A stretch of 64,000 bases of DNA from Callorhinchus milii (taxonomy: Eukaryota): contig NW_024704742.1 in NCBI RefSeq assembly GCF_018977255.1, forward strand, positions 72,294,001-72,358,000, written 5' to 3'. Both the position numbers and the translations under genes were made by a program. Shown here piece after piece: positions 48,872-60,068 of this stretch. The notes under the pieces were generated by a model. The model made no database searches. It was not told the origin of the DNA and saw only the letters and a list, made by a program, of their open reading frames with translations. Position 1 is the first letter of the stretch. Each line of letters opens with the position of its first letter.

Positions 48872-49172
48872 TAATGATAATCCTTGCATTTGATACAGCG
48901 CTTTTCATGTCTTCTAGACGTATCAAAGCGCTTCACAGAATACGCTGCAAAGTGAATTGACTGTATATTTGTGGGCGAAATGCGGCAGCCAATTGCACAC
49001 AGCAGTGTCCCACAATCAGTCATAGATTGAAGTGACCAATTTATTGCTTTTTTTCTTGAGGGATTATTATCAGGCGTGTGGAGTAAGGAAACTTGCCCAA
49101 TGTTTCACCCTGCTGGGAATCAAACCCGGGTCTCTCAAAGTGAGTGCTCTAACAACTGAGCTACAGGACTCC
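48872..49172 (-). mobile_element. tRNA/Deu-domain SINE, short form with the old-type 3' loop
   Basis: Lacks the ~60-bp internal segment of the long copies but keeps the GATACGTCTAGAAGACATG loop region. Confidence 0.88.
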
Positions 49173-49174
49173 AC

Positions 49175-50283
49175 TCATGGCTAACTAGAGCAGTTAGGAA
49201 AAATATAAAATTAAAAGAAGAGACCTATAATACTGCCAAAAGAACAGTAAATCCAAGGATTGGGAGGGCTTCAGAGACCAACAAAGAAAAACTAAGAAAC
49301 TGATTAGGAGGGAGAAAATGGATTAGGAAGGCAAACTAGCTAGGAACATAAAGACAGACTGCAAGAGTTTTTACAAATAATAAAGAGGAATAGACTAGCA
49401 AAAGTGAATGTGCGTCCATTGCAAGCAGAGACAGGAGAAATTATAATGGGGGATAAAGATGTAGCAGAGTCATTAAACAAATACTTTGCTTCTGTCCTCA
49501 CGTTAGAAGACACTGAAAATTAACCAAAAATAGAGGGGAACCAAGAAGCTAATGTTAGTGAGCAACTTAGGGAAATTAACATCAGTAAAGAATTAGTACT
49601 AGGAAAACTGTTGGGATTTAAAAATGACAAGTACCCTGGACCTGATGACTTGCATCCTAGGGCTTTAAAAGAGGCGGCTGCTGAGATAGTGGATGCCTTG
49701 TTTCTGATCTTCCAAAATGTTCTGGATTCTGGAACGGTTCCCATTGATTGGAAGATCGCAAAAGGAACACCACTATTTAAGACTTAGAAGACCATAACAG
49801 GATTAGGCAGAGTCAACATGGCTTTACAAAAGTGAAATCATGCTTAACAAATCTTTTAGAGTTGTTTGAGGATGTAACTAGCAGGTTAGATAGGGGGAAA
49901 ACAATAGATGTTGTGCATTTAGATTTTCAGAAGGCATTCAACAAGGTGCCACATAAAATGCGCCACACAAAGATTAGGGCCCATGGAATTCAAGGCAATA
50001 TATTAGCACGGATCGAAGAGTGGTTAATGGGAAGAAAACAGAGAATAGGGATAAATGGGACCTTCTCAGATTGGCAAGATATGACCAGTGGAGTGCCACA
50101 AGGATCAGTGCTTGGGCCTCAACTATTTACGATCTACATCAATGATCTAGACGAGGACATAGAACTTAAAATATCTAAATTTGCGGATGATACTAAGCTA
50201 TACTCTAGGTGCGGTCTCACCAAGGCCTTATACAACGGTAGCAAGAGTTCCCTACTCTTGTACTCTAACCCTTTTGCAATGTG
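49175..50283 (+). mobile_element. CR1 ORF2 fragment (same family as 19075-22118), deleted at ~49780, with an inverted piece at ~50199-50283
   Basis: High similarity to 19375-20800; [27 protein letters not shown]. Confidence 0.9.
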
Positions 50284-50809
50284 GTAATACCAACAGGTCA
50301 GAGTCTCAGGATGTTTTAATCAAAACAAACCTTTAATTATGCATACATGTATAAAAAAAAGTCACGTCTATCTTAATAAAACAGAGCAATACTACCGAGC
50401 GTTGCAGGTTCAGCACTTTGTCTTTACAGCAAGCAAACTTTAGTTCTTCAAGTGATCAAGCCTTGTGTTTCTCCTAGCTCTCAGTCTTCTGTCTTCTTTG
50501 TCCAAGCATCTTCGTTGTTCTCTGCAACCACTCAGCGATGCTCTGGAGTTAACTAACTTACTTAAGTTGGACTGCGGTTTCTATAAATGTTTCTACTAGA
50601 TAGAGACAGGCTCCAGCCTTGAAAGGGAGAAGCAAGATGTCCTGTGTTGAAGAATAATGAGCAAGCTGCTTTGTCTCAAAAGGGTCTGCTTATCTAGAAG
50701 ATATGGGTACAAGGATGTGCAAGTGTCGAGTATGTTGGGTACGCACTAAGATGCTTGATTGGAGAAGAAGCTTCATAAACATTTCTTTTATGCCATTTTA
50801 ACCAATTTA

Positions 50810-52750
50810 CAACACAACATCCATGACCTTTTGGGGGAGAGAATTCCAGATTTCTACCACCCTTTGAATGAAAAAATGCTTCCTAATGCTTCACTCCTAA
50901 ATGGCCTGGTTCTAATTTTAAGACTATGCCCCTTGTTTTGCATTCCCCCAACATAGGAAATAGCTTTTCTGCATCTACCCTATGAAATCCCTTTATCATC
51001 CTAAAAACCTCTATCAAATCACTCCTCAATCTTCTAAACTCGAGGGAATACAATCCATGTTTATGCAGCCTTTCCTCGTAACTTAACCCTTTTTGGCCTG
51101 GTATCATTCTGGTGAACTGCGCTGCACCTCTTCCAAGGCCAATATACCTTTCCTGTGGTGCCCAAAACTGAATGCAGTACTCCAGGTGGGGTCTGACTAA
51201 CACTCTACACAGCTGAAGCACCATTTCTTCCCCTTTGCATTCCAGGCCTCTCGAGATAAAGGCCAACATACCATTTGCCTTTTTGATTATGTTTTGCACC
51301 TTGGAACTAGTTTTTAGTGACTTGTGAATATAGACACCCAAATCTTTTGCTCTTCCACAGCTCTTAATTTCTCCCCGTTAAGAAAGTAGTCTGCCTTCTC
51401 TTTTTTCAGTCCATAGTGGATGACCTTGCACTTCCTTACATTGAACTCCATTTGCCACAGCTTTGCCCACTCACTTAATCTGTCTAAGTCCCTCTGTAAC
51501 TTCCTACTCCCATCTTCACTACTTGCTGAGCCTCCTACCTTAGTGTCATCTGCAAACTTGGATATAAAACTTTCTATTTCTTCATCCAAGTCATTTATGT
51601 ATATGGCAGAAAGCTGAGGACCCAGTATAGACCCCTGGGGGACATCACATCCCCCCAATCAGAGAACGTTCCCTTAATCCCTACCCTCTGCTTTCTGCCT
51701 CCCAACCAATTGCAAGGCCACATCACAAAGTTACCTCCGATTCTGTGCACTTCTCTTTTTGCTAATAATCCTTTGTGTGGAACTTTATCAAATGCCTTCT
51801 GAAAGTCCATGTAAATGACGTTCATAGACACTCTCTTATTCACCAGTGGCCGATAAATTGAAAATTCTGCCTCCCACACCACTCTTTCAGCCACCCATTT
51901 TGCTCCTTAATCCACTTGTCCCTGTACCAATTTGCGTGTAGTTCAGGTAGTAATCCCAAGATTATTACCTTTGAGGTTCTGCTTTTTAATTTCACCCTTA
52001 GCTCACCAAATTCCCTCATTAGAGCATCACTACTAGTCACTGCTTTGTTCCTATGTGGATCACAACAATTGGATCCTCCGCTTCCTGCTTCAAATTCTTC
52101 TCCAACCCTGAAGAGACGCCCTTAACCCTGGGCCCAGGAAGGCAACAGAGCCTACGTGACTCCTGGTTATGGCCGCAGAGAAGAGTATTCGTCCTCCCAA
52201 GCGTCTCGTCCCCCATCACAACCACATTTGTTTTTGATCCGCCCACATGTCTGGCCTCCTGAACAGAGGTGCTGGGGCCAGTTTTCCTACCCTGCTTACA
52301 GGCTTCCATGCCTACATAGGTTGCAAGTATCTCATACCTATTGGACAAGGTTAAAGCCCAAGGCTCCATCACCATTCTCTCAGGGGTCCAGTTACCTGCA
52401 GGACTGACAGTCATACTATCCTGTCCCTGACAATTAGTAAGATCAATGCATTTACTGAGCCTCAGGGGAGTGACCGCTTCCTCCATCATACTATCCAGGA
52501 AGTTCTCGTTCTCCCTGATGCAGCGCAGTGTCTGCACCTCGGATTCCAGGTCAGCTACTCTAAGCTGGATCTTCCTCAGTTGCAGACACTTACTGCAAAT
52601 GAAGTCGCCTGGGCTCAGGCTGTCCTCCAACTCCCACATATTGCAGTCCTCGCATAGTGGTTGCTCTATGCTCTTTTTTGCTCTGTCGGACGGAGCAAAA
52701 AAGGAACAGGTAGTACAGAAATCCCCTAAGAGTGTGGCACTCACAAACCA
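50810..52750 (-). mobile_element. CR1 element: ORF1 (zinc finger/coiled coil + SGNH esterase) joined by deletion to the ORF2 RT C-terminal half
   Basis: [67 protein letters not shown] and [13 protein letters not shown]. Confidence 0.9.
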
Positions 52751-52877
52751 GTTCTCAGTACTGCATACTGGTGATACGCCTCTGGTGAGAAGAGTTAAAA
52801 GGTGATAGATGATCAGGGGGACAAGGGCAAAATGCCAATGCTGTTGTTATCGGGGATACGACAGTTAAAGGGATAGA

Positions 52878-54360
52878 CAACAACAACTTGGATTTATATA
52901 GCGTCCTCCACGCCGGACGGCGTCTCAGAGAGCTTCACAATAACGGATCCCGGGGCCGAGCCAGGGGGAGGGGGAAGGTGACCAAAGGCGCAGTCGAAAA
53001 GAAAGGTCTTTAGCTGAGACCTGAAAGTAGGAAGAGATGGGGCGAGGCGAAGGGAGTGAGGAAGGGAGTTCCTAAGCCTCAGGGCATAGTGGCTGAAGGC
53101 ACGGCTGCCGATGGTGGAGCGGAGGATTTGGGGGACGAGGAGGAGACCAGACCCGGTGGAGCGAAGGCAATGGGCACTGTTGTGAGGAGAGAGGAGGTCA
53201 GAGAGGTAGGAGGGTGCGAAGGAGTGGAACCAAGAGTGAGGATCTTGAAATCGATCCTCTCTGGGACAGGCAGCCATTGCAGTCCTGGCAAGGACTGGGG
53301 TAATCAGGGAGCGGAGTTTGGTGCGGGTAAGAATACGGGCAACGGATTTCTGGATGACCTGGATTTTATGAATGGTAGTGGAGGGGAGACCGGCGAGGAG
53401 AGCATTTGAATAGTCCAGCCGAGAGGTGACAAAGGCATGGACCAGGGTTTCGGCAGCTTTTGGGGTGAGATATTGGCAGAGACGGGCGATGTGTCGGAGG
53501 TGGAAGAAAGCGGTGCTGGTGAGGGTCTGGATGTGGGGGAGGAAGGATAATTGGGGGCTGAACCTGATGCATAGGTTGTGGACGGGTTCGGAGAGTTTTA
53601 GGGGGAAGTTGGGTAGGTGGAGGAGGTGAGAACCGTGCTATTGAAGATGTTGATGAGAGCCAAAGAGTATGGCTTCCATCTTGTCAACATTTAGCTGAAG
53701 GAAATTTGCGCTCATCCAGCTCTTGATGTCTGACAGGCAGGCTGACAGAACATCAGGGGACTGGGGGTCCGCAAAGTGAGGTGGAAAAATCGAGTTGGGT
53801 GTCGTCTGCATACATGTGGAAGTGTACCCCATGTCTGCGGATGGCATCCCCAAGAGGGAGCATGTAAATCAGAAAGGAGGGGGCCAAGGATGGATCCTTG
53901 GGGTACCCCGCAGGTAACCGAGAGCCGGAGGAAAAGCTGTTTGTGCAGATGTACTGCTGGCACTCGAACCAGGTGAGTGCGGTCCCACTGAGTTGGATGA
54001 AGGAGGAAAGACGGTGAAGGAGGATGGCGTGATCGACTGTGTCGAAAGATGTGGAGAGATCCAGAAGGACAAGGAGGCAGAGTGAGCCCTGGTCACAGAT
54101 AGAGAGGATGTCGTTTGAGACTTTCACAAGTGAAGTCTCTGGTCAGAGAGGAAACCGGACTGGAGGGGCTTGAAGTGGGAGGAGAGGTGGGCGCGAAGTT
54201 GATTGGCAACAACGCATTCTAGGACTTTTGCGAGGAAGGGCAGGTTTGAAATGGGGCAGTAGTGGCTGGGGTTTGAGGGATCTTGGGAAGGTTTTTTGAG
54301 GAGGGGCGGTGATGACAGCAGTTTTGAGGGGGCAGGGACTGATCTGGAGGAGAGGGACTG
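52878..54360 (-). mobile_element. L2 LINE fragment (RT to 3' end), older subfamily
   Basis: LLDLSTSFDTVDH, GVPQGSILGPLL, YADDTQL and (TTG)n tail. Confidence 0.9.
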
Positions 54361-54361
54361 G

Positions 54362-56230
54362 TTGTACTGCTTATTTTAGTCCTCATACTCTCCCTCCCAA
54401 GACCCCCACCTTTGTGAATCTTCCTTCCAAAAACCCATTTGTATTTTATTTAAAATTTTTTAAAAACAAATTTCAATAATTTTCTCACTTTCACATTTTG
54501 AATCCTTTTTAAGCACTCCCATTTTAATTACAAACAAGGTTTCTGCCCTCATTTTCACTATTTATACCACTCTGCCTGCTGCCTCAATTTCCCCTTGTTT
54601 TAAATTCAATTAATTTCCCCAGTTCTCCCAAATTTTGATACACAATAAACCCCCAGTTTACCACACTATGGGTAGCGGGTATTCACACCTGGCTGGACTT
54701 GGCCCCAAGCCCAAGTGTGTATTAACAAGGTTTACAGACCCGCACTTGTCCACTCACTCCCCCAGCACACAGATCCCCTCACAGTGCTCACTGCCTGCAG
54801 TGGCCAGAGATAGCCACTTGGACTCAGGTTGAATCCCACGACCAGAGGATAGATTATTCACTCTTCTGTTCACGGGATTCACACAATAACAATGACATTT
54901 GTTATAAAGCCATAATGGCAATGGCACTGGCATTTATCAGCAATGACACTGAGAAAGCCAGCAAATGCTGGTACTGGCCTACAATCCCCTTCACCCCCAT
55001 TAGTCTGGCTCGCTTGACTAGTTTTATTGTACCTCAAAATGTTACACTGCCTGTTTCCAGCTTGCATTTTATGTACCCCCTCCCTCCTCATTACAACAAT
55101 ATCACCATAATATGACCCATTCTCTCTTCCTTCTGTACTCACTTGAGTATCCACTTTTATATTCCCTCATTTCCAGTGTCTTGTCTTGCTATATTCTCTC
55201 TCCACCCATCCCCTCACCTTTCTTATTTGCCTCTCTGGACTTTTGTCATTTATCCGCATTTTCTTCCAATAATGAGTATATCCATGGGAAATATAGTATG
55301 CCTTTCCTTCCATTGGGCATCACCTAAAAGCATGTTCCCAATCCACATTTCTCACATTCTTCAGTTTGTGTTGTCTTCTTAGCCTATACATTTAGCTCCA
55401 CATTGCTGAGTCATTCCAGCTCCATTGAGCCAACTCATTTACTTATCTTTTTCACCAGGTGTTCAACATTTCTTCAAATTAATTAAATGCTTTCTCCAAA
55501 CTCAATTCTTCCCATTTCAACAGCTTATCTCACACGTTGTTGCAAATTACTATTTGGTCTTATTTGCATTTCTCAGTGCAGTATTGTTGACAATTTCTTA
55601 CTGATTTGAACACCAGAAAATACTGTGTAAAATGTTCCATCCGGTCTTGCTTTCTGGTTCCAAATTTATAATCTATCAACAGTCACAATATCATAGCCAC
55701 AGCATCTCAGGCATATTATATTCATCATATCTTCTAATAGCACTTCTGTGTCTCTCTCTAGTGTTTCAAAATATTTCCATGCCTCTTCTCCTGCCACATT
55801 TAAGAACACTGCATTTCACTGTCTTTGCAGTTGCAGTGGTAAGTTAGCAACTCTATCACAGATATCCAGAAATCCCATTCCAGCTGGTGCCAATTATGTC
55901 ACAAATTTCCTGTTAGTTTCAATAGTTTTGGTATTTCACATAACTTGGTAGGAATCTTCTTCCATTATTCCCAAACTCAAAAATCTTGTTTATCTTCAAT
56001 GTCCTTGTCCACTTCATCTGTTCCAATCCTGATTCAATGTCCTCCTGACACCATATGATAGATACCCATTAAACACTGTTATGTTACTGAGTCTATCTAA
56101 GTCTTGCTTGCACAACAAACATACTCCATAAGCACACACTGCTCCCCCTGACCTTGCCCAGTGTCCTTTTATACCGTTCTGACCAGTCCCAAATGTTCGT
56201 TAATTTCTTTAGTTGAGTATGGTTATCTCT
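54362..56230 (-). mobile_element. Ty3/Gypsy element with decayed gag and no recognisable pol; PBS and PPT retained, both LTRs truncated
   Basis: LKLTGNL*HNW, AVFLNVAGEEAWKYFETL, KLLKWEELSLEKA and knuckle CEKCG..H...CPMEGK. PBS TGGTGTCAGGAGG (56041-56053, tRNA-Leu-like). PPT GGGAGGGAGAGTA (54386-54398) followed by TG. Confidence 0.75.
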
Positions 56231-56457
56231 TGAAGGGATCTCTCCAGATTGGGGGGAAGGAGGGTGTGGTCATTGCTGGAGGTGCTATTGTTCTGATGAG
56301 ACATTAAACCGAGGTCACATTTGCCTGTACAGGTGGATGTTAAAGATCTCATGGCACTATTCAAAAAGAGGAGGGAGTTTCTACTGATGCCCTGGACAAC
56401 AAGCCCTCATCTAAATTGGTCATTCATTTCATGGCTGCTGCATTCGCCCACAAACGA

Positions 56458-57689
56458 TGCATCTGGTTGTCCAATCCACTAAAGTTTTTGCTCAATTTAT
56501 AAACAAACAAATCTCCTCCAGCAATAGCATGCATGTACAGTGCAAAACACTATTCAATGAAGTATTTTACAAATATTTTACATAGAAATATTTCACTAAA
56601 CTTTACAGAAAATCCCACAAAGCGCCTCTCAATGTGAAATACGCTCTGCCAAATCGAAGTACAGTAGCCTATTTATTATTATATTAGACACCCATTGTAA
56701 AGTTAACAAACTTTCAACCAATAGAGGGTGCTGTTGGATCCTCTATGGAAACATTAACAAAGTATTTTGACAAGAAAACTGCTTTAGACTTCAAATAGAT
56801 TGCAGAAGAATAGCCTTACCATTTGCACTGAAGACTACCCCTCCCCTTCCCCCCCGCCCCAGAGAAGGCATATATGCAGCAGAGTGGGCACAAATGCAGA
56901 TGTAGACAGATACAATACTAACTGACATTCTAATGTAGTGCTGGGGATGTGCTGTCCCAGGTTCCATCTGCCTGTTCAGGTGCTTGTCTAAGCTATTTGA
57001 AAAGTGAAGGGCACTATACAAATGTAATTTGTTGTTGTTGTTGTAATTGATTAGAGTATATCCTGCGAAGTATTTTGAGATATCCTCTTGACATGAAGTC
57101 CTGTAGCTCAGTGGTTAGAGCACTCGCTTTGCAAGTGAGAGACCTGAGTTCAATCCCAGGCAGAGGGCGAAACCTTGGGCAAGTTTCCTTACTCCACACA
57201 CTTAATAATAATCCCTCCAAAACCCAAAACAATAATAAATTGGTCATTTTCAATCTACGACTGCTTGTGGGACATTGCTGTGCGCAATTGGCTGCCGCGT
57301 TCGCCCACAAATATACAGTCAATTCACTTTACAGTGTGTTCTGTGAAGCGCTTTGGGACATCCTCCCGACGTGAAAAGCGCTATATCAAATGCAAGGATT
57401 ATTATTATTATTATTATTATTATTATGAAAGGCATTGTACCAAATGCAAGCATTATTATTTTATTAACAAATAAACATTAACGAAATACTATCTGAGCCT
57501 GTAAGTGAGTAACTTTATTTGTGTAACTAAACAAACTGTATTGCTGAGCAGAATTTTAGAAAATTATGTGAAATATTTGTAAAATACTTCACTGAATTGT
57601 GTTTTTGCACTGTACATACATGTTATTACTGGAGACCTGTTATAAACTGAGCAAAAACTTTAGTGGATTGGATAACCCCTCCAGATGCA
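56458..57689. mobile_element. MITE-like non-autonomous DNA element with ~130-bp imperfect terminal inverted repeats
   Basis: 56458-56585 (TGCATCTGG..CCAATCCACTAAAGTTTTTGCTCA..TGTACAGTGCAAAA..TGAAGTATTTTACAAATATTT) is approximately the reverse complement of 57562-57689. Confidence 0.7.
57098..57424 (+). mobile_element. tRNA(Ala)-like/Deu-domain SINE, young short form, TSD ATGAA
   Basis: A box TAGCTCAGTGG, loop TTTGCAA, B box GTTCAATCC, Deu-type core, L2-like stem-loop and (TTA)n. ATGAA at 57093-57097 and 57425-57429, inside an older SINE tail. Confidence 0.93.
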
Positions 57690-58024
57690 GATTTAGGTGA
57701 TAAATTTTGGGAGGGAGGAGAAGAAATATGCATTATATGGTGAACCTTTAAAAGGGATGGAAATGAAAGTGAGTTAATGTACACAGAACGTTCAAGGTGG
57801 GAGGGAAATTTGAAAAATGAAATTCCATTTTTTTAAAAAATAAGGGTTTAGAATATAAAGACATAGGGATAATGCTCAGCCTGGATAACAACTAAAATGG
57901 TTTATGTTCATATAAATGTCGAAGTCGAGAGAACATCTCAAAACGCTTCATATAGTTGGGAGTCGTAGCTTGGGGGGAAAGGCTGAGGATAGTGTGTATG
58001 TGTATGTGTATGTGTGTGTGATGA

Positions 58025-58670
58025 CCATGCCATCGGCCACCCCCCCCCATTCTCCTCCCCTCTCTTACCCCCACTGACCCCAGCTCAGGTCTGAAATGCT
58101 GTACTCTATCCAGCACCTTGGGACATCCTCCCGACATGAAAGGCACTATACAACAACAACAACAACAACAAGATTCCATTTATAAAGCGCCTTTCACGTC
58201 AGGAGGACGTCCCAAGGCGCTGCACAGTTGGGTCATGACCCGAGCAGGGGGGAAATGGTCAGGGTGAGGGGAGGGAGGGAGCGAGGAGGGGGGAAATGGT
58301 CAGGGTGAGGGGAGAGAAGGGAGGGAGCAAGGAGGGGGAAATGGTCAGGGTGAGGGGAGGGAAGGGAGGGAGCGAGGAGGGGGAAGAGAGTCGAGAGGGG
58401 AGCTGAAGGCACGGTCAAAGAGAAAGGTTTTGAGACCGGCCTTGAAGGAGGAAAGGGAGGAAGCGGCGAAGGCACTGGGGGATGGAGTTCCAGAGCCTGG
58501 GGGCTGAGAGGCTGAAGGCCTGACCACCGATGGTAGGGCAGTTAGGGCGGGGGATGTGGAGCAGACCGGAGCCAGAGGAACGGAGGGTACGGGCAGGTAG
58601 GTAGGGGGATAGTAGGTTGGAGAGGTAGGAGGGAGCGAGGCCGTGAATGGCCTTGTAGGTGAGGATGAGG
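58025..58670. mobile_element. Tail-to-tail L2 3' fragments (58025-58150 +, 58151-58670 -)
   Basis: The young minus copy, with tandemly expanded 3'UTR unit, abuts the tail of an older plus copy. Confidence 0.85.
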
Positions 58671-58761
58671 AAATGTAATACAAATGTAATCTTGTTGTTG
58701 TTTTGTGGTGGTGGAAGTTGGGTGGTGGTTGACAGTGTGGGTGAACAGGTGTGTAGGTTTT

Positions 58762-59055
58762 AATAATAATCTTTGGATTTTATATAGCGCCCTATCGCAT
58801 CTTCGAGACGTCTCAAAGCACTTCACAGAATATATTGTAAAATATGGTGACCGTTTATTTTGTGGGCGAAACGCGGCAGCCATTTGTGCACAGCAGTCAT
58901 GGATTGTGTGACCGAATGATTATTATTTTTCTACTTCTTGAAGGGATTGTTACCGCCAGTAAAGTGAACCACAAATCGACTAACAAACGGGTTCCTACTT
59001 ACTGCGAGGCAGAAGGAGGAATGTGGAGTAAGGAAACTTGCCCAACATTTCGTCC
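58762..59055 (-). mobile_element. tRNA/Deu-domain SINE, long form, head truncated
   Basis: Same core and tail as the other copies. Confidence 0.8.
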
Positions 59056-59309
59056 TTTAGAGCAGAGATGGCCAAGTTGTAATCCAGGGGGCCATCAATA
59101 AGCTCCTCCACGCTGAACATTCACACAAGGTAAGCCTAGGTAAGTCCTTGTTTGATTGGTGGTGTGTTTTCATTTATTTCTTGGTAGAATATGTCGTGAT
59201 TTATGGCATAAATCAAGAATTATAACAACAACAAAATTACATTTGTATAGCACCTTTCACGTTGGGAGGACATCCCAAGGTGCTGGACAGTTAGTGTTCG
59301 ACTAACACT

Positions 59310-60068
59310 TCTGTTCGACCCTGAGCTGTCCTTTCTTCCCCACATCCGCGCCACAACTGGCACCGCCTTCCACCACCTCCGGAACATCGCCAGACTATGG
59401 CACTACCTCACCCCTCACGCTGCTGAAACTCTGGTCCACGCCTTTATCACCTCAAAGCTGGACTATGGGAACTCTCTCCTCGTCGGCCTTCCCGGCACCT
59501 CCCTCCACAAGCTGCAGGTCATTCAGAACTCTGCAGCTCGTGTACTGTCCCGCACCAGGCTTCGGGACCACATCACTCCCACCCTCGCTCGCCTCCACTG
59601 GCTCCCCATCCCCCAGAGGATCGAATTCAAGATCCTCATCCTCACCTACAAGGCCATTCACGGCCTCGCTCCCTCCTACCTCTCCGACCTTCTATCCCCC
59701 CACGTACCTGCCCGTACCCTCCATTCCTCTGGCTCCGTTCTGCTCCACATCCCCCGCCCTAACCGCCCTACCATCGGTGGCCGGGTCTTCAGCCTCTCAG
59801 CCCCTAGGCTCTGGAACTCCATTCCCCAGTGCCTTCGCCGCCTCCTCCCTTTCCTCCTTCAAGGCCGGTCTCAAGACCTTTCTCTTTAACCGTGCCTTCA
59901 CCTCCCCTCTCAACTCTCTACGCCCTCCTCCCTCCCTCCTTTCCCTCCCCTCACCCTGACCATTTCCTCCCTGCTCGGGTCCCGACCCAACTGTCCAGCG
60001 CCTTGGGACGTCCTCCCGACGTGAAAGGCGCTCTATAAATGCAATCTTGTTGTTGTTGTTATTGTTGT
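59310..60068 (+). mobile_element. Young L2 3' fragment
   Basis: Near-identical to 17-845 and 35922-36670; (TTG)n tail. Confidence 0.93.

Noticed and set aside
57098..57175. tRNA-Ala(TGC) gene (also at 4584, 15440, 16380, 20690, 21545, 49100)
   Set aside because: The acceptor stem does not pair, and each head continues into a SINE body and tail.
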